Notes: generated by a model not told the origin, from the sequence alone. Shown: positions 1 through 9,570, counted from the stretch's first letter. The stretch: DNA of 39,783 nucleotides from Candidatus Moraniibacteriota bacterium (GCA_012841575.1 DUUL01000030.1:1-39783), one strand, 5' to 3'. A program made the numbers and translations.

Positions 1-950
1 TCCTCACCTTCAATTGGATAAAAACTAGCATACACCATCGGCTTAACTTCCTTATATCCAGCTAATGGCTTAATTTGATTAACTGACTGACTTAACTCTG
101 GAGTTAAAAAATGAGAATTAAAAATTGTAATTGTATCCCCCACTCGACACTCCTTTACGCTCTTTAGACCTGTAGCAATGTAACCAATGTCGCCTGTTTT
201 AAGTTTTTCAGATTTAACTAGTTGTGGCTTAAATCTTCCCACCTCAATCACATGCGCCTTTCCCTTAGTTGCCATAAAAAAAATATCATCCTCTCCTACT
301 AATTCTCCATCTACAATTCGCACATAAGCCAAAACGCCCTTGTAGGTGTCATATTTACTATCAAAAATTAAAGCCCGTAAAGGTTTGTTTTTCCCTCCCT
401 GGGGAGCCGGCACCTTATTAACAATTGCTTCTAAAACACTATCTACTCCCGTCCCAGTTTTTCCAGAGGCACACAAAATCTCTTCCTCTTTACATCCCAA
501 GATATTAATTAATTCTCTTTTAGTCTTAGGTAAATCACTGTTGGGTAAATCAATTTTATTGGCTACTGGAATAATTTCCAACCCTTGTTCAATCGCCTGG
601 TACAAATTTGCCAATGTTTGCGCTTGCACTCCTTGGGTTGAATCTACTAATAAAATTGCTCCCTCTACTGCCGCTAAACTTCTTGATACTTCATAACCAA
701 AATCAACATGTCCTGGCGTATCGATTAAGTTTAGCTCATACTCTTGTCCATCTTTTGCCTCATAATGCATTGTTGCTGGCTGAAGCTTAATTGTAATCCC
801 ACGCTCTTGTTCTAACTCCATCATATCTGTCATTTGCTCAGTTACCTTCCGTTTCTCAACTGCTCCTGTCATCTCTAAAAGCCGATCCGACAAGGTGGAT
901 TTTCCATGATCAATATGGGCAATAATACAAAAATTACGAATGTTTTTCAT
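1..950 (-). CDS. lepA: Elongation factor 4 (LepA), N-terminal part; runs off the left window edge
   Basis: Manual translation from ATG at 950 on the minus strand gives MKNIRNFCIIAHIDHGKSTLSDRLLEMTG...ELEQERGITIKLQP...LIDTPGHVDFGYEVSRSLAAVEGAILLVDSTQGVQAQT, the LepA G-domain. It is absent from the ORF track because no stop falls in the window. Confidence 0.97.
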   Translation of the reverse strand, partial: MKNIRNFCIIAHIDHGKSTLSDRLLEMTGAVEKRKVTEQMTDMMELEQERGITIKLQPATMHYEAKDGQEYELNLIDTPGHVDFGYEVSRSLAAVEGAILLVDSTQGVQAQTLANLYQAIEQGLEIIPVANKIDLPNSDLPKTKRELINILGCKEEEILCASGKTGTGVDSVLEAIVNKVPAPQGGKNKPLRALIFDSKYDTYKGVLAYVRIVDGELVGEDDIFFMATKGKAHVIEVGRFKPQLVKSEKLKTGDIGYIATGLKSVKECRVGDTITIFNSHFLTPELSQSVNQIKPLAGYKEVKPMVYASFYPIEGE

Positions 951-957
951 GTTAAAA

Positions 958-986
958 AGTATAGCCAAGAAAATACATTAAAGCAA
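958..986 (-). promoter_or_regulatory. Sigma70-type promoter for lepA (TTGCTT-17-TATACT), probably leaderless
   Basis: Minus strand reads TTGCTT (986-981), 17-nt spacer, TATACT (963-958), then 7 nt to the ATG. Confidence 0.6.
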
Positions 987-1241
987 CATCTAACAACACT
1001 CCATCCACTCATTTATACATTGCTTCATATTAAAATTTATGTTTCTATAAAATAGCGTTGGTCTTTCTCAAAATTAACAGTGGGATGAAAAATAAAGAAA
1101 AAAGAGAAGAAAAATTGTATTAAGGAAGATTTCTTCTGCCGAATTTGCGGAGGGAGAGAGTATCGAAGCAAAATTAATTCCAATGAGATATGCGCTTTTT
1201 TTATTCAAAAGCATTATCTTCTCTTAATTAACCAGCTTATT

Positions 1242-1274
1242 AAAAACAGCCTGTATTTAGAGATACAGACTGTT
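1242..1274 (-). terminator. Rho-independent terminator after the 1310..2152 gene
   Basis: Minus strand AACAGTCTGTAT-CTCTAA-ATACAGGCTGTT stem with one G-U pair, running into a T tract. Confidence 0.65.
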
Positions 1275-1309
1275 AATTAAAAGATTGAACAGACTTAACC
1301 TAACTCTCT

Positions 1310-2152
1310 CTACTCCTGTCTAGCTTTTTTTACAATCCCTTCTGCAACCCTTCCCGTTCCCTTGGGTTGCTCATCTTTATTAAAATTAAAACTAAAACTT
1401 GGTGGATCGATTGTTCTCCTCTCTCCACTCACTTCTTTTTTGGCAAAAATTTGCTCTTCAGTTTTCGGCAAAACTTCTCGCTCTCCTGCTCCTTCACCCT
1501 CCTCTTGCTTAATCGCTCCAGCTGCCATTACTTCAAACAAACTTGATTCAACTAGCCACTTCAAGTCGACCCCCTCTCGCCTCATCATATCAATGACCGC
1601 ATTAACCTCTGCAGCAGGAAATCTACGACCGTCACTGGCATCTAATATTCTAAATTTAGAAACAGCTTCTTTTACTTCTGGCCAATCACCTGCCTTCTTC
1701 ATAGCATCATACAAATCGGGACCTTGCTTTCCGCTAAAAATTGATTGTATAGAATCCATAAACCCCTCCCTAAACTGCTCTCTAATTTTCTCTGATTGAC
1801 TTAACTTTGATTCAGTTTTAAGAGATGTGCTCTCAACATTCCCTTCTAGATAATTAAAAAAGTTCCTTTTAGCACTATCAAAACTAATTCTTCCGTGATG
1901 CTCTACTAAGTCAAGAAGGCCCAGTAAATGCCTTTCATTGTAAACAGCTCCACTAGAACCAACCAATTCTCCTTTACTTTGAATATAGTTTTTTACATCA
2001 TCATAACTCTCTGCTTTTTTTAAAACCGAAGTTAATTCATCTTCATTCCCAAGAAAAACATCCCTTAAATCACTTTCAATCATTTCTCTTGCGGTTTTCG
2101 GTTTTTCTCTCTTATTTTTATTCTCACCAGGCACCTCAAAACGAAACTGCAT
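1310..2152 (-). CDS. Hypothetical protein with an internal duplicated domain of about 60 aa
   Basis: 280-aa ORF with ATG start, 16 bp downstream of the TPR gene; two alignable repeats visible. Confidence 0.8.
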   Translation of the reverse strand: MQFRFEVPGENKNKREKPKTAREMIESDLRDVFLGNEDELTSVLKKAESYDDVKNYIQSKGELVGSSGAVYNERHLLGLLDLVEHHGRISFDSAKRNFFNYLEGNVESTSLKTESKLSQSEKIREQFREGFMDSIQSIFSGKQGPDLYDAMKKAGDWPEVKEAVSKFRILDASDGRRFPAAEVNAVIDMMRREGVDLKWLVESSLFEVMAAGAIKQEEGEGAGEREVLPKTEEQIFAKKEVSGERRTIDPPSFSFNFNKDEQPKGTGRVAEGIVKKARQE

Positions 2153-2168
2153 AATTTTATTAATTTAA

Positions 2169-4928
2169 CTAGTTATTATTTTCCTCACTGTCTTCTTCAG
2201 ATGATTCTGTTGATACATTACCTTCTAATTGTTCTTGAGATGGAGTGGCTTCCTCTGGAATTTGCTGTCGTTCAAAGTCAGGGTTAATCATCAGTTGATC
2301 TTGAGAAGTACTCTCATCTGACACTGAAGGCTGCTCTTCATCTAACTCTTTTTCATTCTGACTTCTTATTGGCTGCTCCATATTAGCACTCTGTTGCAAC
2401 CCATCCAGTGCCTTCCTGCCGCTCTCTAAGTTAGTAATTATCTTCTTAACCTCTTCATTGTCGGGATTAAGTTCGGCAATTTTTTTGAACTGCTCTATTG
2501 CCCCCTGTCGACTACCTTCTTCGTCTAAAATCAAGCCTAGGAAATAGCGCGCATTAGAGTAGTTATTATCTAAAACTAAAGCACTTTCAAATTCCTTTTT
2601 AGCCTCACTCATATCTTTATCTCGATAATAGATCAGGCCCAAACGAAATGGGATTAGTGGATCATTAAAGAATATTTGCTTATTCCTTTTTTCCTCTTCA
2701 ATTGCTTGTGCTATCTCACCTCTTCGCTCATAAATTCCCACAATCAAGAAGCGAGCTGGTGAAAAATCGGGCTTAATTGATAAGGCTTTTTCCGCCTGCT
2801 CTTTAGCTAATGCCAGATTCTTATTCGCCTCTTCAGAAAGCTGAGGCTTTCCCTCTCCTGCACCACTTGCTTGATTTTTTGCAATCTCCACATCTGCCAT
2901 TGTCAGATAAATATTGGCCAACCTTTGATACAAAACTGCATTAAATGGATCGTATTTTAAGGCATTTTGATAAAATTCTATTGCTTTTTGATCAGCATCA
3001 TCCATGGTTAAAAGCACCCCCTCATAAACCTGAGCAGTGGCAACTTGATTATCAGCATTAGTTAAATCAAGAAGGCGCGCTTGATCAACTGCTTGCTTAG
3101 CTCCAATAATCATATTGCTTACAAAGGCAGAATCGTCTGCACTCAAGTCCTGTCCCTTTTCTACTACCCGTTGGTTAGCAATGGCAAATAAAACATTAGA
3201 CATATTGCGATAATAAACATCTCGATTGGGATCAATCTGAATTGCTTGTTCAATCTTGCCGGCTAATTCCTCTAATTTATTGCTATCACTAATTTGCATC
3301 GTCAATGCTTGGTTGAACTTAATCGCAGCAACAAATTTTTGGCTTTGTAGATATATTGCTGCCACCAAACCAATAATTGCTAAAACAAACACAAAAGATA
3401 AGACTAAAGATGATTTTGGAGTAGCTGAGTTAGTAACAAACTCTTTGGCTGCTTCATCAGAATTAAAAGATGACAATACTAAAAAGAGGGCAAGACTAAA
3501 CCACCACAACATCAATAAAGTAATGTTTGCAGGATAAAAGAATAAAACCAAGGTTAAGAAAAACCAAGTTAGCCCAACTCCCAAGAAAATATACCCGCCA
3601 TCAGTTCGATTTTCATGACGTGTTGCAATGGTTCGCACGACCTCTCGAAAAAAATAAACCGTACCGGAGCCAACCAGAAACAAAAAGGCTAACGCTCCCA
3701 AAATTCCAGTTGTTGAAACTAGGGTCAGAAAATAACTTGCTCCTGTAGAATAATTATCAATCCAATACTCCACTCCCTTGTTTATCGGCCGACCAAGCTT
3801 ATAAGCATGATCATAGTTAGCTGGGCCAAATCCCAAAAGCGGTTTCTGTTTAATTGATTTTAGTGCGATAGAAAAAGACGCCCCCTGTGCCAACACGGGC
3901 TCTCCTTGCAAGTTGGTCTTAATAATTGGCACTTTAAGTAAAGTTAGTAAGGCGAATATAACTAAAAAAACCATTGGTAAAATCTTGCCACGATTCTGTT
4001 CTACCCTACCTCGAGCAATTGTGATTCCCAAAAGAACTATCAAACAAATAATCAGTCCCAAATAAGTCAATTTCAAATTAATCACTACTAAAACATAGGC
4101 AAATAAAATAGAAAAAATGAAAGATGCCGCTCTTACAAAACCAGAAGTTTTACTTAAAAACATTCCTTGCGCCAGCAAAAATAAGGCCGCCGCATAAAAA
4201 CTAAAAGCATACACTGAGCCCACCGTTATCACAAAATAGAAACCGCTAAATCCATAAATTGACATCAGTCCCAAAATTGATGCTACTGCACCTCCTATTA
4301 ACAAAGTAAAAGCCAATAGAAAAGATTCTTTTTTGCCTTGAATATTATTAAAAATTAATAAAAATCCTGCTACAAAAAACAGCAGAGTGACAAAAGCTTC
4401 TCCCTCACCACCAAAATAACCCCAAAGACTTTGTTCCCGGTAGGCAGAAAAAATAGTACTTAAGGCATAAATACCCAACCAAACTACTACTGGTATTAAA
4501 ATAAAGTTATTGCGAAAACGAATTTCATTGCGCCAAGCCATCTGTCCCACCCAAGCTAAAAAGCCTACCCCAATAATCACTGAAAGTAAAAGCTGTTTAC
4601 TGATTCCAAAAACACTGGGCACATTCAATAAGAAAAACAAGGGCAATAGAAAAGCAGTTAGATAAATTGATAACTTTACAACCCAATCAACTATTTTCAA
4701 AGCTGGATTTTTGGGGGCTAGTTTTTGGTTATTCGTCGACCTAGTCGCCGCACGATTAATCGGGCCCGTTGGTCTGCCTTGAACATTTGGCTTAAGAGGA
4801 ATCCTAGTTGCTCTACTTTGAGCACTTGTAGTATTATTTAAAGTGGAAGAACTCTGAGGAGAGAAGACTTTTTTGCTAAAAAAATCATTGACTGATCTTT
4901 TTTTGTCGTCAGGGTGGAAGCTTTTCAT
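2169..4928 (-). CDS. O-antigen ligase (WaaL/Wzy_C)-like multi-pass membrane protein with C-terminal TPR repeats
   Basis: About 12-14 hydrophobic helices, PLLGFGPANY motif, TPR motifs (FRLGLIYYRDKDMSEAKKEFESALVLDNNYSNARYFLGLIL) and an acidic disordered tail. Confidence 0.8.
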   Translation of the reverse strand: MKSFHPDDKKRSVNDFFSKKVFSPQSSSTLNNTTSAQSRATRIPLKPNVQGRPTGPINRAATRSTNNQKLAPKNPALKIVDWVVKLSIYLTAFLLPLFFLLNVPSVFGISKQLLLSVIIGVGFLAWVGQMAWRNEIRFRNNFILIPVVVWLGIYALSTIFSAYREQSLWGYFGGEGEAFVTLLFFVAGFLLIFNNIQGKKESFLLAFTLLIGGAVASILGLMSIYGFSGFYFVITVGSVYAFSFYAAALFLLAQGMFLSKTSGFVRAASFIFSILFAYVLVVINLKLTYLGLIICLIVLLGITIARGRVEQNRGKILPMVFLVIFALLTLLKVPIIKTNLQGEPVLAQGASFSIALKSIKQKPLLGFGPANYDHAYKLGRPINKGVEYWIDNYSTGASYFLTLVSTTGILGALAFLFLVGSGTVYFFREVVRTIATRHENRTDGGYIFLGVGLTWFFLTLVLFFYPANITLLMLWWFSLALFLVLSSFNSDEAAKEFVTNSATPKSSLVLSFVFVLAIIGLVAAIYLQSQKFVAAIKFNQALTMQISDSNKLEELAGKIEQAIQIDPNRDVYYRNMSNVLFAIANQRVVEKGQDLSADDSAFVSNMIIGAKQAVDQARLLDLTNADNQVATAQVYEGVLLTMDDADQKAIEFYQNALKYDPFNAVLYQRLANIYLTMADVEIAKNQASGAGEGKPQLSEEANKNLALAKEQAEKALSIKPDFSPARFLIVGIYERRGEIAQAIEEEKRNKQIFFNDPLIPFRLGLIYYRDKDMSEAKKEFESALVLDNNYSNARYFLGLILDEEGSRQGAIEQFKKIAELNPDNEEVKKIITNLESGRKALDGLQQSANMEQPIRSQNEKELDEEQPSVSDESTSQDQLMINPDFERQQIPEEATPSQEQLEGNVSTESSEEDSEENNN

Positions 4929-5044
4929 TATTTTTTATTTTATATGTATTTAATAATTAAAATTTGATACAAATACGAAATAATTATATAATAAAAGTAT
5001 AATTAAATAAATTATAACAAATTTAAAAAATTAAGCAAATCAAA

Positions 5045-5482
5045 ATGGATATTTTACTCATCGTTTATATTCCAATTCTGGTGGGAGTCATCACTCAACT
5101 AACTAAATTTATTATCTTCTCCATTAAACATGGTATTAAATGGAACTACCTTTTCACTCATGGACATATGCCATCAATGCATAGTGCATTAGTTACCTCA
5201 CTAACGATTGTCATCGGTTACTTAGAAGGAATGAATAGCGGCATTTTTGCCTTTTCTTTAGTCTTTGCCCTAATCATCTTAGATGACGCTTTGAGAATAA
5301 GAATGCATTTGGGCGATCAGGGCCGCTATCTCAATATGTTAGTGCAAACTTTAAATTTAGACGATAAAAAGTATCCTCGCCTCAAGGAAAGAGTAGGCCA
5401 TCGTTGGCAAGAAGTTTTAGTGGGAGTTATCTATGGTGCTACACTCACTATTCTTTTAATTTATCTGACTAAATTTGTTTAG
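5045..5482 (+). CDS. Divergent PAP2 family protein (DUF212, acid phosphatase/vanadium haloperoxidase-related)
   Basis: GHMPSMHSA, DALRIR and LKERVGHRWQEVLVG match the family signatures (GGMPSSHS, DAxGxR, LKExxGHxxxEV). Confidence 0.9.
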   Translation: MDILLIVYIPILVGVITQLTKFIIFSIKHGIKWNYLFTHGHMPSMHSALVTSLTIVIGYLEGMNSGIFAFSLVFALIILDDALRIRMHLGDQGRYLNMLVQTLNLDDKKYPRLKERVGHRWQEVLVGVIYGATLTILLIYLTKFV

Positions 5483-5519
5483 TTAAAGATTCCTATTTTA
5501 AGATTTGAAAGCTTAAAAC

Positions 5520-5548
5520 AAAAGACCCGCTACCAAGCGGATCTTTTT
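5520..5548. terminator. Bidirectional terminator between convergent genes
   Basis: AAAAGA-C-CCGC-TACCAA-GCGG-A-TCTTTTT hairpin flanked by A and T tracts. Confidence 0.7.
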
Positions 5549-5576
5549 GAAAACATCTAAACTAGCTCAGCAAAGA

Positions 5577-5864
5577 CTAGCGTCTTTTTTTCTTTTTACT
5601 TCCACCTTTGCCCTTTCCCTTTCCGAGCATCACTCCTGCCACAGCTCCTAATGCCGCAGCAATCCCAGCACTAATCATAGTAGCTTTCTCTGGATTCTTC
5701 TTAACATAATTCTTGGCTTCTTTGTAATACTTTTCCATCTGACTTTTCACTTGTTCCATTTCCTTCTCCGCTGAATCTTTGACTTTGTTAATCTGATCAG
5801 TGGCCTTTTTTTGAGCCTCTTTAGCCACTTTTTTAGTCTTAGCGACCACTTTGTTTTTTTTCAT
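5577..5864 (-). CDS. YqjD/ElaB (DUF883)-like tail-anchored membrane protein
   Basis: Lys/Glu-rich helical N-terminus, then YVKKNPEKATMISAGIAAALGAVAGVML and a basic tail. ATG at 5864 preferred over TTG at 5867. Confidence 0.7.
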   Translation of the reverse strand: MKKNKVVAKTKKVAKEAQKKATDQINKVKDSAEKEMEQVKSQMEKYYKEAKNYVKKNPEKATMISAGIAAALGAVAGVMLGKGKGKGGSKKKKRR

Positions 5865-5895
5865 CAATAGTTTTATTAAATATTAATTAAATAGA

Positions 5896-6249
5896 TTAAC
5901 TGTTTATTTTCTTATTTGCAAAACTGAATAAAAACGCAACTAATAAAAAGAAAACTCCTAAAATCAAAAACCCTGTGCCAGGAAAATTAAAAACACTTTC
6001 TAAAATCAGAGCCAAGCCTATCAAGGAAAAGATAACTCCAGTCATAACAAGAAAGGATGTCGCAATTAGTTGCTTAACTCTGATAATCGTTTCATCAATT
6101 TTTGATTGCGTTTCTTCTTTTACCTGCTCAATAAAATTAGCCAAAAAACTACTTGTGAACTTGCTAGCGACCTCTCTAACGAAGAGCATTAGTCCGTCCT
6201 TAAAGGAATCTTCTTTCTTCTTAGCTTTTGATTTAGTTTTTCCCGCCAT
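5896..6249 (-). CDS. YqjE-like (holin_3_6-type) two-TM membrane protein
   Basis: Amphipathic N-terminus plus two TM helices; adjacent to the YqjD-like gene, as in yqjDE pairs. Confidence 0.55.
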   Translation of the reverse strand: MAGKTKSKAKKKEDSFKDGLMLFVREVASKFTSSFLANFIEQVKEETQSKIDETIIRVKQLIATSFLVMTGVIFSLIGLALILESVFNFPGTGFLILGVFFLLVAFLFSFANKKINS

Positions 6250-6281
6250 TTTATTTTTATTATTTAATTAGCTGTTTTTTA

Positions 6282-6360
6282 ATTATAGCATATTTTTAAA
6301 AAATAAGCAACCTAATTATTCAAAAATTATCTTTGCTTATTTTTGTTTTTAAGTTATAAT
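6282..6360. promoter_or_regulatory. Divergent sigma70 promoters
   Basis: Minus: TTGCTT (6310-6305), 17 nt, TATAAT (6287-6282) with extended TG. Plus: TTGCTT (6333-6338), 16 nt, TATAAT (6355-6360). Confidence 0.55.
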
Positions 6361-6406
6361 ATCCTAAGCTATGGTGCATAGTCTTAGTATTTGTTTTTAG
6401 ACCTTT

Positions 6407-9400
6407 ATGTCTACTTCAAATAATTCACCCAAATCAAACACAAAAATTAAACCGAATTCAGAGCAAAAGCTAGAAGCAGAACTTTTTGCTACTGTTTGTG
6501 CTGATCGCAAAGATGAACCCTTCATTGGGGCTTTTGCACATAATGAGAAAAATATTTCTAAGCAAAAAAATGGACAACTATTCGGAATTGTTCAAGTTAC
6601 TGATCGTTCTGACAACTCTTCCTATCTGCCAAACTTGCTAATTCAGGTAATTAAAAAAGAATTTTATCGCTCACGTTATCGCAGTTTAGAGGAAAACTTT
6701 GAAGCAGCTTTACGTAAAGCCAATATCGACTTAGCTGACTTAGTAGAAAAAGAAATTGCACAATGGGTTGGACATCTAAATGTCGCGCTGGGTGCTCTTA
6801 AAAAAGATCAGTTCATTTTTACTATTTCTGGCGACGCCAAAATATTTCTAGCTCGCAATCAGCGCCTGGTTGACATCGGAAAAGATCTTAATGATGAAGA
6901 AAGCCTTAACCCAATTAAAACTTTTAATAATGTCTCTAGTGGCCAACTACAAGCAGGAGATAAAATAATCCTCCTGCCTGCCTCTGCCCTTAAAATCATT
7001 TCTACGGAAAATCTTCGCCGCCACCTAAGAACTCTTCCCTCTGATGAATTTGACAATTTATTAAAATCAACCATTGAGGCTGAGGGTAGCTATGAGTCAT
7101 TAGCAATTGTTAACCTACAAGATAAAACGAAAGAGCAACCTTTTCTTACAGAAATTACCAACAAACCAATGGGTAATTATTTTGGTGCACAAACTGAAGA
7201 GTCAGTTGTCGCTCTACCAGAAGAAGAATTGTCTGCTAGACTTTCTGAAAACCCCTTAATACCCTCCCTCGAAGACAAAGAGCCCGAAACCTCTCCATCT
7301 ACTGAAGAAAAAAATAACGACCTACTAACCCCGACCACTGCACTATTTAGTGATCAAACAGCGGCTGATCAATTATCAATAAATAAGACTACTGATCTTG
7401 ATTCAGAAAATACTTACGTTGATCAAGAAGAAACCTCTTTTGAAAGTGACACTTCAACTGCACATGAAAAAGAGAAATTTGACACAAAAGAACAGTTATC
7501 ACCATTTGAAGAACAACCAGAAATTTTTATCAGTGAAGATGATCATTTTGAAATAACACCTCCTCTTGAAAAAAGAAAAAAGACTAAAGAAAAGCTAGGA
7601 GGATTTCTAAAAAAGGCAAGTTTACTAAAAAGCTCTCTTACTGGCTTGCAAGAAAAGTTTATTGGGAAAAAAATAACATCAGAGGAAGAAAAAAAGCCAG
7701 ACGAAAGCCCGATTATTTCAAAAGAAAAAGGGGTGGACAATACTAAAGCATCTTTAAAGAAAAAGCCTTTAGCTAAAAAGGAAATCTCTACTTCTTCAAC
7801 TTCAACTAACTTAGAGCCTAAAAGCACTCTGGACTTTTTAACAGCTCTTAAGGCTGCTCAAATAAAAATTAAATCAGGAAGCTCTATTGTTACCACATCA
7901 GCAATTGCCTTTAGTAAAAAGGCTATTGATCAAGGCAAGATCATTGGCGGAAAAACAATTTCCCATCTAGACACTAGTACGAAAAACCTTACCGCCTGGA
8001 GCAAAAAAACGATTTCACAAACCAACAAGGCTGTAAAAAATAAGGAGCTTTGGAGGTCAGAAAAAAAGAAAAAGCTTTTGATTCAAGAAGTTTCTCGTCA
8101 GGAAGATGTTACTGAGGTAGTTTCAAGTCCAGAAAATATTGAAGAGGTTGTTTTAAATAATGGCACTAATCTAATCCTTGAATCTTCCCAAAAACTCCCT
8201 AAAAAAGAAAAGCCCAGTCATACTAAAGCAGTCGTGAGCAAACCAGAACCTGTCTTAATGGACGGCCTTCAGAGAAAACCAAGTCCTAAAAAACGATCTC
8301 GAAAATCAAAAAAAATTACTCACCTAGAGTCACCTATCCCAGAAGAAATTGACAACTTTGATGAATTTTTCGGAGAACTTAGTGCGGAAATTAAAGCCAA
8401 GGAAGAGAGAATGAAAAAGAAATTTGACAGCTTCTGGGAAGATGAATTGGAAAATACCAATGACTTCTTTAAAAAAGAGGCTGAGGAAGAATTAAAGCTT
8501 CCAAAAAAATCATCCTCTCAAGAGGAAAATAGTACGATCAAATCATCTCAAAAATCTGCCGCAATAAAAACACTTAAATACATTCTCCCTTTGTTGCTAA
8601 TTGGAGCAATCGCTGGTGGAACAATTTATTTCTGGCCTCAATTTAAAAAGCTAAATGAAAAAGTATCGACTAAAGAAACCTCAATAAAAGAAGAGCCAGT
8701 TAGTGTGCAACCAATAGAACCTTCGGAAGTAATAGAAAATAATTTAGAAAATGATTTAGGGGAAATAAGTAATGCACTAACTATTGGTCAAGCAAAAAAC
8801 TCAATTACTGCTTTGGGGCTTGCCGATGAGGTTGCCTTTGCAATAACGGATAACGGGGACTCGTTAATAGAGTTTAAAAATGATCAAGAAGTTGAAGTCT
8901 ATCCTCTCAGCAAAACTAATTCAACTACCAATGATTTAGTTTATTTAAATTCTCTAAAATTAATTATTATTCTAGGAGAAGATAATAAAGCTTTTCAGTC
9001 ATTCAGTCCAATTACAAAAAAAACAGAAAGTCAAAAAATTACTCTGCCAAACAATTTCAAGTTAGCTGGAGTTGGTTCATATTTAGACTACATTTATCTG
9101 CTGGATAAAAACACAGGGCAAATTTATCGTTACCCAAGAGCTGAGGGTGGATTTGGAGAAAGCAAGCAATGGCTTAAAAGTCCACTCCTAGATAAAGAAA
9201 TATTCGATATGGCAGTAGATGAAAAAATCCGCCTAATTCTTGCAGACGGCTCAATTGAAACTTTTGCTAATGGTAAAAGTGAAGACAAAACAATTATTAA
9301 AGATCTTTCTCCCAATAAAATTTTCACCCACAATGACTTGAAGTATTACTATTTGCTAGATAAAGCACAGGGCAAAATTGCACAGCTAGATAAATCTAAT

Positions 9401-9523
9401 AATCAGGTTTTAAAAGAGGTTACTGATTCAAAACTGAAAATCGCAACTGATTTTGTTATCAATAAAGACGAAACGGAGATAATATTCTCCGTTGAAAAAG
9501 AGCTTCTCAAGTTGACTTTCTAA
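6407..9523 (+). CDS. Large bitopic protein: PP2C-like N-terminal fold, long disordered linker, TM helix, C-terminal beta-propeller
   Basis: N-terminal SGDAKIFLARNQRL...SGQLQAGDKIILL resembles the PP2C fold; TM segment YILPLLLIGAIAGGTIYFW; C-terminal YIYLLDKNTGQIYRY and MAVDEKIRLI blade-like motifs. Confidence 0.75.
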   Translation: MSTSNNSPKSNTKIKPNSEQKLEAELFATVCADRKDEPFIGAFAHNEKNISKQKNGQLFGIVQVTDRSDNSSYLPNLLIQVIKKEFYRSRYRSLEENFEAALRKANIDLADLVEKEIAQWVGHLNVALGALKKDQFIFTISGDAKIFLARNQRLVDIGKDLNDEESLNPIKTFNNVSSGQLQAGDKIILLPASALKIISTENLRRHLRTLPSDEFDNLLKSTIEAEGSYESLAIVNLQDKTKEQPFLTEITNKPMGNYFGAQTEESVVALPEEELSARLSENPLIPSLEDKEPETSPSTEEKNNDLLTPTTALFSDQTAADQLSINKTTDLDSENTYVDQEETSFESDTSTAHEKEKFDTKEQLSPFEEQPEIFISEDDHFEITPPLEKRKKTKEKLGGFLKKASLLKSSLTGLQEKFIGKKITSEEEKKPDESPIISKEKGVDNTKASLKKKPLAKKEISTSSTSTNLEPKSTLDFLTALKAAQIKIKSGSSIVTTSAIAFSKKAIDQGKIIGGKTISHLDTSTKNLTAWSKKTISQTNKAVKNKELWRSEKKKKLLIQEVSRQEDVTEVVSSPENIEEVVLNNGTNLILESSQKLPKKEKPSHTKAVVSKPEPVLMDGLQRKPSPKKRSRKSKKITHLESPIPEEIDNFDEFFGELSAEIKAKEERMKKKFDSFWEDELENTNDFFKKEAEEELKLPKKSSSQEENSTIKSSQKSAAIKTLKYILPLLLIGAIAGGTIYFWPQFKKLNEKVSTKETSIKEEPVSVQPIEPSEVIENNLENDLGEISNALTIGQAKNSITALGLADEVAFAITDNGDSLIEFKNDQEVEVYPLSKTNSTTNDLVYLNSLKLIIILGEDNKAFQSFSPITKKTESQKITLPNNFKLAGVGSYLDYIYLLDKNTGQIYRYPRAEGGFGESKQWLKSPLLDKEIFDMAVDEKIRLILADGSIETFANGKSEDKTIIKDLSPNKIFTHNDLKYYYLLDKAQGKIAQLDKSNNQVLKEVTDSKLKIATDFVINKDETEIIFSVEKELLKLTF

Positions 9524-9570
9524 AAAAATACTCCTTACTAGTAATCACTAAGATTCGATAAGATTCGAGA

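Noticed and set aside
346-790. Plus-strand ORFs 346..696 and 608..790
   Set aside because: Antisense shadows of lepA, which is unambiguous on the minus strand.
5896-6249. Holin-like protein as evidence of a prophage
   Set aside because: YqjE-like proteins are ordinary chromosomal membrane proteins, and no phage genes are nearby.
9549-9568. Tandem 10-bp repeat TAAGATTCGA x2
   Set aside because: Only two copies between convergent gene ends, with no promoter context or recurrence noticed.
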